Assembly (NCBI GenBank): GCA_963796105.1
Contig: CAWCKJ010000006.1
Location: 160,001-224,000 of the forward strand
From: a candidate division FCPU426 bacterium
GTDB lineage: Bacteria; Oederibacteriota; Muellerivitia; Muellerivitales; Muellerivitaceae
Direction of reading: 5' to 3'
Length of the DNA stretch: 64,000 bases
Shown here: one piece after another, positions 22,806 to 30,993 of the stretch
Numbering within the stretch: position 1 is the stretch's first letter
Layout of the letters: the number at the start of each line of letters is the position of its first letter
Notes under the pieces: model-generated
The model's database searches: none
The model's input: only the letters and a program-made list of their open reading frames with translations
What the model was told of the DNA's origin: nothing
Position numbers and translations under genes: made by a program

Positions 22806-23195
22806 GCCACAGATTCAGGGGATGTGCTGATTCAACCCTGAAGCATTTAAGGAAATCGGCACTATACCGAACTTTCATTGAAGGCTTTAATGAGGTTCGG
22901 CATGCAGGGGGATGAATACAAATGAACAATTCAAAAATGTCTCAGATCATGACAAGAGCATGGCTCTTGCGCCCGATGGGCGTTATGGTCAAGCCTACAG
23001 ACCGTGGAAAAATTAATTTTTCCATCGGCTGTCAGCTTAACCATAGAACATGATCAAAATGCGTTTTAATTCCCATGAATCCCATGCATGCCGGCCTTCC
23101 TATAAGTAATCAAAGAGGAAATGGCTTTGCCATTTCAGGGGGTATCGTACCAATCACCCTATAAGCTTTATGGTAGATTGGCACATCCGTGGCTA
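22806..23195 (+). repeat. Modular hairpin repeat, copy 1
   Basis: Near-identical to 40119-40510; outer modules inverted at 32915-33322. Confidence 0.9.
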
Positions 23196-23273
23196 GAAAT
23201 TATTTTGGAGAGGTGTAACAATAAACATTATGTTTGCCTGGAATCCGGGAATCCATGGGTCAAGGAGCTGGTG

Positions 23274-24254
23274 ATGAAAAAAGTAATGTTGGGACGCCAA
23301 GGTTTGAAAGTCTCCCGGCTGGGGCTGGGATGCATGGGGATGTCCGATTTTTACTCCGGGAGGGATGAAAAGGAATCTATCGCCACCGTTCACCGGGCTT
23401 TGGAACTGGGGGTGGATTTCCTCGATACGGCCGACATGTACGGGCCTTTTACCAACGAGGAATTGGTGGGGAAGGCCATCGCGGGCAAAAGGAACCAGGT
23501 GGTTTTGGCCACCAAGTTCGGGAACCAGCGCTCCCCTGAGGGGAAATTCCTGGGGGTCTGCGGGAAGCCCGAGTACGTGTTCCAATGTTGTGACGCCTCC
23601 CTCAAGCGCCTTCGCGTTGACACCATCGACTTGTATTACCAGCATCGGGTGGACAATACCGTCCCCATCGAGGAAACCGTGGGCGCCATGGCCCAATTGG
23701 TCAAGCAGGGGAAGGTCAAGTACCTGGGGCTCTCGGAAGCCGCCCCCGCCACGATCCACAGGGCCCACAAGGTCCATCCTATTTCCGCCCTCCAGACTGA
23801 ATATTCCCTTTGGAGCAGGGACCCGGAAGTGGAAATATTAAAAACCATCCGGGAGTTGGGGATCGGGTTCGTTCCTTACAGCCCCCTGGGCAGGGGATTC
23901 CTCACGGGGTCTTTCAAGAAATTAGAGGACTTGCCGGAGGATGATTGGAGGCGGTTCCACCCCCGTTTCCAGGGAGAGAACTTCGCGAAGAATTTGGAGC
24001 TGGTAAAGGAGGCCCAAAAGCTGGCTTCTGAGAAGGGATGCGCCCCGTCCCAATTGGCCTTGGCCTGGGTCTTGGCCCAAGGGGAAGACATCGCGCCCAT
24101 ACCTGGGACCAAGAAAAGAAACCGCCTGGAGGAAAACCTGGGAGCCTTGGAGGTGGTCTTGACCCCCGCCGATTTGAGCCGGCTGGACAAGGCCTTCCCC
24201 AGGGGAGCGACGTCCGGAGCGAGATATGCCGACATGAGCACGGTCAACCGTTGA
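23274..24254 (+). CDS. Aldo/keto reductase
   Basis: [34 protein letters not shown]; start after AAGGAG. Confidence 0.95.
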   Translation: MKKVMLGRQGLKVSRLGLGCMGMSDFYSGRDEKESIATVHRALELGVDFLDTADMYGPFTNEELVGKAIAGKRNQVVLATKFGNQRSPEGKFLGVCGKPEYVFQCCDASLKRLRVDTIDLYYQHRVDNTVPIEETVGAMAQLVKQGKVKYLGLSEAAPATIHRAHKVHPISALQTEYSLWSRDPEVEILKTIRELGIGFVPYSPLGRGFLTGSFKKLEDLPEDDWRRFHPRFQGENFAKNLELVKEAQKLASEKGCAPSQLALAWVLAQGEDIAPIPGTKKRNRLEENLGALEVVLTPADLSRLDKAFPRGATSGARYADMSTVNR

Positions 24255-24399
24255 GGATGGCAGTTGACTTGTTTGGCGGACGAGGCGCGCAGGCAAAACC
24301 GGAAGGGAACCGCTGAAACTTTCACGGAGTAATGCTCATTCCAACATGGATTTGTCCAATCAGGATCCCCATCATGGACAAGTTTCAATCATCCAGAAG

Positions 24400-25248
24400 T
24401 TAATTTGAATCAAAGTCCGTTTTGTTCACCAACTTCCCCGTTTGAACGTCGATCACCGAAAACCAGTGGCGTGTCAAAACTAAAAAAGCTTTTTCACTCA
24501 ACCAAAACCCATGAAGCCAAAAATAGCCATTTGGTGGCTCCTCAAAATGGAACGCGGAAACGTTGTCAACCAAAAGGTCGAAATCCTTATTGGGACCTGC
24601 CAGCCGGAAAGAGGCGTTATGCTTCCCGGAAGGGGACGGTTTTAATTTTAAATAATCATTGCGTTCTTCGGCCTGGGAAGACGCGAAAGTCTCAAATTCA
24701 GATTGGGTCATAAGACGGTATTCATTCATCTTAAAGTCAAAACAATAATTACCTTCGTTTTTTAGGGTTTCAGTTACGGTTGGGTCTGGGGTCGGTATAG
24801 GCCGGGGCAGCAAATCACCCTCCGGCTTCAAACGGCTACCGATGAAAAAAGAAAATTTCGTGTCCTCGGGGTTCCAAATACGGTTTCGATCCCCGTTAAA
24901 GAACATGTAGTAATATTCCCGGGACCCGAATGGACACTGAAATATCTTTTTTTGAATTCCATCATCAACGCCATAAAGCCATATGGAATTATCCCACCGC
25001 GTTATGATGATTCGCTTTTGGTCGTTTGAGAGTGCGAAATCCCCTATTCGCGCAAATTGACTTTCATCAAACTTAACTTTTTTGGTTATGACGGCACCCG
25101 ATGGATAAATTTTGTAGAGATCCATGGAATACTTATAATCCGAATGGATCAAAAGCTTATAACTTTCAGTGGGCACCCCGATTGATAAAACGGGAATAAA
25201 TAACAAGGTTAAAAGATAAATATACTTTTTAATTTTACGCCTCCCCAT
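24400..25248 (-). CDS. Hypothetical secreted protein (low GC, possible beta-propeller)
   Basis: Signal-peptide-like N-terminus; FALSNDQKRII-type blade; lies exactly between two repeat sites. Confidence 0.65.
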   Translation of the reverse strand: MGRRKIKKYIYLLTLLFIPVLSIGVPTESYKLLIHSDYKYSMDLYKIYPSGAVITKKVKFDESQFARIGDFALSNDQKRIIITRWDNSIWLYGVDDGIQKKIFQCPFGSREYYYMFFNGDRNRIWNPEDTKFSFFIGSRLKPEGDLLPRPIPTPDPTVTETLKNEGNYCFDFKMNEYRLMTQSEFETFASSQAEERNDYLKLKPSPSGKHNASFRLAGPNKDFDLLVDNVSAFHFEEPPNGYFWLHGFWLSEKAFLVLTRHWFSVIDVQTGKLVNKTDFDSN

Positions 25249-25344
25249 CGTAGACGAGCCATTTAATTCAAAACTTAAAATTCAAAATTCATAATTGGTT
25301 TACTACCCTCCCCGTCAGTGGACAATATCTTCTGACCTTAAATT

Positions 25345-25572
25345 TTAGACAATGACTTTTTTTACCGTATCCGTTTTTAAAATCACTTCTCCAGCTTCGT
25401 TTTTAATTGAAAAGTTATAGCCGAATTTGGCGCCGTCGGCGCTTTTGCCTCTGATAACATCCCCCACTTTATAACGACCGGCGGGATTGGCGACACGGGT
25501 GACCGTAGCCGCCACGTGGACCGGGTCAAATTCCAATGTGATCATTGGGGTTTCGATAATCATAATAGCCAC
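25345..25572 (-). CDS. Small hypothetical protein
   Basis: 75-aa ORF filling one cassette; stop about 20 bp from a site. Confidence 0.5.
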   Translation of the reverse strand: MAIMIIETPMITLEFDPVHVAATVTRVANPAGRYKVGDVIRGKSADGAKFGYNFSIKNEAGEVILKTDTVKKVIV

Positions 25573-25749
25573 CTTATTCAGGTCTCCAAGTTATCAAGCT
25601 ATTCCTCATTTTTCATTGTCCACTCCCACTGCGTCACGCTGCGGAGCGTGGCGCTCCCCATCGTGGACAACTATTATCAATGTGGAACGAGGATCTCCCC
25701 GTCGTGGACAAAAAATGACCTCAATTTTGAAGGGAGTTATGGCTCCTTT

Positions 25750-26115
25750 TTAATGTGCCGTGCGGATTTTAACGCCTAATGAGCGGCTGACGGCCCACAA
25801 CGCCTTATCCCGGGTCCAAAATTCAGATTGATCCGAGGAACAGGAAAATAATAAATGAGCGTCCACCCAATTGATGCCTTTGCCGTAAAGGCGGTGCTTC
25901 TCAACCCAGTCCATGACTTCCGGATTTAAAGCGGGAAACACGCGGGGCAGTAATTGGAGGTCGTGCAGGATTTGGCTTCTGTTTTTAAAATGTCCCAGGG
26001 CCAATTCGCCAATGATAAAAGGGTGGGTAAGGGCCTCGTCCTTTTCCAAAAGGGAAATGAGAAACGCGTCCGGGGAATGGAGGTGGTCGATCCACACTGA
26101 AGTATCGACAAGCAT
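25750..26115 (-). CDS. vapC: PIN-domain toxin VapC
   Basis: LVDTSVWIDHL, HPFIIGELALG, VDAHLL, WTRDK. Confidence 0.92.
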   Translation of the reverse strand: MLVDTSVWIDHLHSPDAFLISLLEKDEALTHPFIIGELALGHFKNRSQILHDLQLLPRVFPALNPEVMDWVEKHRLYGKGINWVDAHLLFSCSSDQSEFWTRDKALWAVSRSLGVKIRTAH

Positions 26116-26315
26116 TACGCTTTAACGGCTCGCCGCCTGCGGGGAGGCGCGGAAGCGCGGGGATCGGTTCCGCCCATGGCCGCAAGCCGCTTGGCGGCTT
26201 CCCGGCGGATGAGGGATTCAAGACCCATGCGGACCAGGGAGGTCTTTTCGGCCACGCCCGTCATTTGACCGGCTTCTTTTAATAGATGGTCATCGATGTT
26301 CAATGTTGTTCTCAT
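26115..26315 (-). CDS. vapB: VapB antitoxin
   Basis: MRTTLNIDD.LL..A RHH; overlaps the vapC start. Confidence 0.9.
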   Translation of the reverse strand: MRTTLNIDDHLLKEAGQMTGVAEKTSLVRMGLESLIRREAAKRLAAMGGTDPRASAPPRRRRAVKA

Positions 26316-26351
26316 ATGCATCAATATGCAATTTTGATATGCATGTGTCAA
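26316..26351 (-). promoter_or_regulatory. Sigma70 promoter, probably producing a leaderless vapB mRNA
   Basis: TTGACA-N17-CATATT, then 7 nt, then ATG; ATGCAT palindromes overlap it. Confidence 0.65.
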
Positions 26352-26454
26352 GGGCCGATTTCGGGGATCTTAAAAGCGATCAATGGGGACTGACCCGGGA
26401 AAAGGCCTCTCAAATGCCGGAAGGGGAATTTTTGGCAATAGAGGCTTGCTGTAG

Positions 26455-26572
26455 CGGGCCACGATTCAGGGGTACCCCGTAGCGTGTTGCCGGACTTGCC
26501 CTGTAGCGTATCGCGAAACGATTCTGCTAACAGGGAGGCAATCCCGCAACTGGGGTCCCCGTCATGGACAAG
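26455..26572 (+). repeat. ~115-bp long hairpin ending in the cassette site (copy 1; copy 2 at 29821-29938)
   Basis: Shared CAGGGGTA.CCCGTAGCGTGTTGCCG.ACTTGCCCTGTAGCGTATCGCGAAACGATTCTGCTAAC.GGGAGGCAA. Confidence 0.85.
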
Positions 26573-26761
26573 CCTTTCACATGATTTTACCCTTTTGATT
26601 AAAAAAGACGAGAACACCCGCCGCGAACCCTCAAGCCTCTGTGCTGAGGCTTCAAGCCGAACCCTATGGTTTGAGTTAGTTGGAGCCCCCTTCAAAAAGG
26701 CCATAGGCCGGAGAAAAGTGGTGCGCTTGACCGAATGTCTCATTTGTGAGACTATAATCAA

Positions 26762-27079
26762 GTGATATCACCGCTGCCACAATGCGTGAAAGAGATCGCG
26801 GAATTCCCCCAAGAGGTACGGGAAGATCTCGCTGACGCTTTAGCGCGTTTGGATGAAGGTCACACGCTTTCCATGCCCTTATCCCGGCCGATGCCTTCAA
26901 TTGGAAAGGGTGTTCATGAATTAAGATTCAGGGATCGCGCGGGAATTTACCGGGTGATCTATGTTTTGGTTGGCGCAGGAATAATTTATTTGGTTCATGC
27001 TTTTGCGAAAAAAGACAAGAAGACGCCGATGCCGAATATTGATTTGGCGAAAAAACGCTTGAGGGAAGTGAAAAGATGA
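26762..27079 (+). CDS. RelE/HigB (Gp49-like) toxin
   Basis: SRPMPSIGKGVHELR, YRVIY, VHAFAKK..KTP; operator palindrome GTCTCA-N4-TGAGAC at 26737-26752. Confidence 0.88.
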   Translation: MISPLPQCVKEIAEFPQEVREDLADALARLDEGHTLSMPLSRPMPSIGKGVHELRFRDRAGIYRVIYVLVGAGIIYLVHAFAKKDKKTPMPNIDLAKKRLREVKR

Positions 27080-27363
27080 AACATAAAAGTACGGCGGTTG
27101 AAATTGCGAAATTGGCGGGTATTTCTCCAGCGAGAGGAATGGAAGCTATTATCAAAGCACAACTGATAACAGCTGTTTTGCAAGCCATTCAAGTTAAGAA
27201 AATAACTCATCTGGAACTCGCGAAGCGCGCAAAGCTCCCGAGGAGCGCCGTGACGGGTATTCTTTCGGGCAGTTTACGGAAGGTAACCATTGATCGGGTT
27301 CTAAGGCTTATTGAAGCGGTGGGTCTTATCGCGGAGATACGAATTAGGAAATATGCCGCTTAA
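27076..27363 (+). CDS. XRE/HTH antitoxin (HigA-like)
   Basis: THLELAKRAKLPRSAVT HTH; ATGA overlap with the toxin. Confidence 0.85.
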   Translation: MKHKSTAVEIAKLAGISPARGMEAIIKAQLITAVLQAIQVKKITHLELAKRAKLPRSAVTGILSGSLRKVTIDRVLRLIEAVGLIAEIRIRKYAA

Positions 27364-27461
27364 AGAAAGTTCCGGGGAAACATTTTCAAATAAGATAGTC
27401 AGTACTACTGACTGTTCACGCTGGGTCCCCGTCGTGGACAAAAATTTCTAACATTGGTCTT

Positions 27462-28544
27462 TTAAGGGTTGTACTTCATGACCGTAATCTTGCCGCCGTG
27501 GTTCGAATCCGCGAAAGCCACGTAAGGGATGGAGCCATTGAGGGCCATCGAGGTGTAAAAAGCTCCCTCGGGAGAGAACCCAGGGCTCCCCACGTTCACC
27601 CATTTGGTTCCGTTGAAGGTCATCACCGTGGATGAGCCGTTATTCCCCCCATCCTGGTAGGCCACATAAGGCGTGGACCCGTTGAAGGCCAAGTTGATGT
27701 ACCAAACCTGCCCGGCGGAAAAACTCGGGTTTCCCACGTTCACCCAACTGCTCCCGTTGTACGACATGACCGTGGTTCTCAGGTTCTCGTCTTGAAAAGC
27801 CACATAGGGCGTGCTTCCGTTGATGGCGATGGCGTTATAAAGGATATATCCGGAAGCAAAGCTCGCGCTCCCCACATACCACCAACTTCCCCCGGTGTAA
27901 TCCATCACCGAAGAACCGAAAGTCACATAGGGCGTGCTTCCATTGAAGGCCAGGGCCGGGTAAAGGCCCGAGCTAAAGCCAGGCGTCCCCACGTACTGCC
28001 AACTGGTCCCGCTATACATCATGACCGAATTCCCATTGCCATAAGCCCCGTCTATAAAAGCCACGTAGGGCGTGGAGCCGTTAAAGGCCAAAGACATGTT
28101 AACGGCATTCGCGCCGTTGAAGCTCGCCCCGCCTACTGTCACCCAGTTGCTCCCGTTAAAGGTCATCAGCATGCCGTAGTTGTAGTATCCCGAATCCGCG
28201 TAAGCAACATAGGGGTAGCCCCCGTACATGGCCATGGAGATCCAGGAGGGCCCCCCGGCGGAAAACCCCGGGCTCCCCACGGATGTCCAGGCGCTCCCGT
28301 TGTACATCATGACCGTGGCCTTGCCCCCGTTTCCCCCGTCCCCATAGGCTACGTAGGGCGTGGTACCGTTGAAGGCAATGGAGATATAAGTGACGGGTCC
28401 GGCTGAGAAACCAGCGCTTCCCACGGTCACCCAGTGGGTGTTAACGGGGCCAGTCGGGTTGGTGGTATTATTGGAACAGCCCCCCAGCCAAAACGCGGTT
28501 AATACCGCCCCCAGCGCCATCGCCCATGATTGAACTCGGTTCAT
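27462..28544 (-). CDS. Lipoprotein made of ~7 tandem W.xVG..GFS...AFNGSTPYVA repeats (beta-propeller-like)
   Basis: Lipobox LGGC; internal repeats of about 45 aa. Confidence 0.75.
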   Translation of the reverse strand: MNRVQSWAMALGAVLTAFWLGGCSNNTTNPTGPVNTHWVTVGSAGFSAGPVTYISIAFNGTTPYVAYGDGGNGGKATVMMYNGSAWTSVGSPGFSAGGPSWISMAMYGGYPYVAYADSGYYNYGMLMTFNGSNWVTVGGASFNGANAVNMSLAFNGSTPYVAFIDGAYGNGNSVMMYSGTSWQYVGTPGFSSGLYPALAFNGSTPYVTFGSSVMDYTGGSWWYVGSASFASGYILYNAIAINGSTPYVAFQDENLRTTVMSYNGSSWVNVGNPSFSAGQVWYINLAFNGSTPYVAYQDGGNNGSSTVMTFNGTKWVNVGSPGFSPEGAFYTSMALNGSIPYVAFADSNHGGKITVMKYNP

Positions 28545-28832
28545 GCCAGCCTCCCATGAAGAATTAAAAGAGGCTGGTATCGTACCGATTTCAAAATCCG
28601 GTTTATGGTTAATCGGTACATGTCAATTTCCTTTCCTGTTTAGATTCTTAGCCGGCATTTTACAAAACATTTATTGAGGTGGATATTAATATGCTGCGAA
28701 TTGAACAGCCTAATAACAAGGTAAATCGATCTTTCGCCTGTCCACGATCCCTGCGACAAGCCGGCCTGTCACCAGAAGCCAATGGGCGAAGGGGGAGGGC
28801 TTGACGCTCCCCGTCGTGGACAACAAAAGAAT

Positions 28833-29054
28833 CTACGACCAATTTTCAAGGGGGATACCGCTGCCTTCGATGATGCTTTTGAGAGTGCCAAGAGGGAGGT
28901 CTCTTCCCTTATGAAATGGCACGATGACCTGTTTTTCGGTTTGGGAGTTACGCCACTTTTGATGGCTCCCCTTGCTTGCGGCAAGGGAAAAACCATTATG
29001 CCGGAGTATTCGGATAATTTCATTCGGCTTAAGGCGGGGATATTTGGAACCAAG
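28833..29054 (-). CDS. hicA: HicA toxin (no canonical start codon)
   Basis: Manual translation LGSKYPRLKPNEIIRILRHNGFSLAASKGSHQKW...VIVPFHKGRDLPLGTLKSII; missing from the ORF track. Confidence 0.85.
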   Translation of the reverse strand, partial: LGSKYPRLKPNEIIRILRHNGFSLAASKGSHQKWRNSQTEKQVIVPFHKGRDLPLGTLKSIIEGSGIPLENWS

Positions 29055-29055
29055 G

Positions 29056-29259
29056 TTAAAGGGCTAGTGCTTTGACTTTTGCGTTTTTGGCGAAATGGAT
29101 TTTCGGGGAAGGCTCAAGATATAGCTCAATGGCTTCATGGATGTTCTTCATGGCCTCTTTTTCCGTATCTCCGCAGCTTGTACAGCCAGGAAGTTCGGGG
29201 CAATAGACCGCGTAGGATTTCGTTTGTTTGTCGTATTCTAAAACAACCCGAATTTGCAT
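29056..29259 (-). CDS. hicB: HicB antitoxin
   Basis: YAVYCPELPGCTSCGDTEKEAMKNIHEAIELYL. Confidence 0.92.
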   Translation of the reverse strand: MQIRVVLEYDKQTKSYAVYCPELPGCTSCGDTEKEAMKNIHEAIELYLEPSPKIHFAKNAKVKALAL

Positions 29260-29454
29260 GGTTACCTCCGGAATTCAAAACATTGTATTACATAGGCATG
29301 CAAACTGTCCGAAACCGTTTGGAATGTCTATGTATTTGTTTGCCCCTTCGGTTCCCAGTCGTGGACAAGTCTATAAATTCAAAATTTAACATTCAAAATT
29401 CATAATTGTTGTACAATCCTCCCCGTTGTGGACAACCTATTCCTCAACCCCTGA

Positions 29455-29709
29455 TCATTTGAACCTGACGCAGAGAACGTTATAAAGCCAGGCTAGAACG
29501 ACACCGCCCACCCCTCCATCCACCAGGCCATAAGCAGCCCCGATCAAACTTCCGGCGGGGCTGATGTCATAACCCCGATAGATGTGTCCAAGCAACATCA
29601 GGTCGTGGGTTGACCCCTCGAAAAGGATGACCCACCAAGTCAAGCCTAAGACTCCCAGGCCCCACAACAAACCACAAGTCAATCCGAACGCTTTGATGTT
29701 TATCTTCAT
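29455..29709 (-). CDS. Small membrane protein (holin-like annotated family)
   Basis: MKINIKAFGLTCGLLWG...Y.GY..SPAGSLIG...DG...AWLYN. Confidence 0.7.
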   Translation of the reverse strand: MKINIKAFGLTCGLLWGLGVLGLTWWVILFEGSTHDLMLLGHIYRGYDISPAGSLIGAAYGLVDGGVGGVVLAWLYNVLCVRFK

Positions 29710-30095
29710 CACAACCCCCTTTTTATTTACCACTGTCAAACCTTCTCCCTTTATCCATGAAAGGTCCCCATCATGGACGCGTTTATCAATGCGACCATTT
29801 GAAGTAGAGGCCCGTAACAACGGGCCACACTTCAGGGGTATCCCGTAGCGTGTTGCCGAACTTGCCCTGTAGCGTATCGCGAAACGATTCTGCTAACCGG
29901 GAGGCAACTCTGCTACTGGGATCCCCGCCGTGGACAAGTCATTTAATTCGAAACTTTAAATTCGAAACCCATGCTGAAATTGCCGAAGTATTGATTTTTT
30001 ATCCAGTTTTAATTTATACCTTCATTCATAATTCGAAATTCAGAATTTAAAATTGTGTTTAACCTTACCCTCCCCGTCATGGACATTACTTTTTT

Positions 30096-30506
30096 TCAAG
30101 ACCAGGGATTTAAAAGCTTCAATCCGGTAAATGAAAAGTCCTGGGTATTACGGGTGACCAAGGTGAGATTGTGGGTAATTGCTGTTGCGGCTAGAAACGC
30201 GTCCACTGTCGGCAAGGGGCGATTGGCCTGGGCTTCTAAGAGACCCCAAACTTCGGCAACTTTGAGATCAACCGGTAATATCCTTTCCTCAAATTGAATC
30301 GGAATATCCTTTTCCAGGAATTGAACAAGCTTGGTTTTTCGGGAACCGTGTTCCATTTTTTCAATTCCTTTGCGGATTTCTCCCACGGTCAAAACGCTCA
30401 AGTAAAGCGAGGCCTGGTCCGCGCCCCTCAGCCAATTTGATACCTTGGGTTCCGGATGTTTCTTAAAGAGTTCGGAAAGGACATTAGTGTCCAAAAGGTA
30501 TCTCAA
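30096..30506 (-). CDS. vapC: PIN-domain toxin VapC
   Basis: YLLDTNVLSE, SVLTVGEI, DAFLAATA, LVTRN. Confidence 0.93.
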   Translation of the reverse strand: MRYLLDTNVLSELFKKHPEPKVSNWLRGADQASLYLSVLTVGEIRKGIEKMEHGSRKTKLVQFLEKDIPIQFEERILPVDLKVAEVWGLLEAQANRPLPTVDAFLAATAITHNLTLVTRNTQDFSFTGLKLLNPWS

Positions 30507-30751
30507 AGCTTCACCTTGCGGGAGACGGATTTATTCCTTCGAAACTGATGGTCCAGGCCGTGAAAAGGAGAATCCCTGAAAAACTCAACCAGGTTGGGTT
30601 TGGCTTTTCTCAGGCGCTCATAGTCCTTTTTGGAAATCACAACAGCTTCCTCACGGCCATGCAATGTAATGGATTGCGGGCCGTTGTTTTTCACTGTTCG
30701 AATTAGTTCGCTGAACCTGGCCTTGGCGGTTTGCAGTTGCCATGAAGTCAT
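30503..30751 (-). CDS. Phd/YefM antitoxin
   Basis: WQLQTAKARFSEL..GPQ.IT.HG; promoter TTGACA-N17-TAGAAT at 30820-30792. Confidence 0.92.
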   Translation of the reverse strand: MTSWQLQTAKARFSELIRTVKNNGPQSITLHGREEAVVISKKDYERLRKAKPNLVEFFRDSPFHGLDHQFRRNKSVSRKVKL

Positions 30752-30993
30752 AGATGGCCCCCCTTAGAAAATAACTGACTATTCTGACTAGATTCTATAT
30801 AAGCCCGGGCGTTTTGTCAATTTTCGCCGCTCATCATTGAATCCGCGCCTGATAACGAACGGCATCATAATATTGAATCGGCAACTTTTCTTTTTCCCCA
30901 TTGTCTATTGCACCTTTTCATCGGAAACAAAAAGGCCATTTCGAAGTTTCAACCCAAAATGCGATGGGGAAGCATCAAGGGCAGGGAACCGTC

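Larger units (their letters stand above)
24352..30086 (+). repeat. 13 co-oriented cassette-delimiting sites, consensus TCCCCRTCRTGGACAA
   Basis: Copies start at 24366, 25242, 25309, 25655, 25696, 26556, 27426, 28808, 29353, 29420, 29765, 29922, 30071. Confidence 0.9.

Noticed and set aside
23121..23273. N-terminal extension of the aldo/keto reductase
   Set aside because: It overlaps the repeat element; the RBS and family start fit 23274.
29455..29709. Prophage inferred from the holin-like gene
   Set aside because: No other phage genes are present; it is an isolated cassette.
24352..30086. Canonical integron or CRISPR reading of the 16-bp repeats
   Set aside because: No RYYYAAC...GTTRRRY cores and no IntI were found. 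Spacing ranges from about 40 bp to 1.4 kb and contains whole genes.
30895..30970. Possible closing array sites (TCCCCATTGTC; inverted GCGATGGGGA)
   Set aside because: Too degenerate to count.
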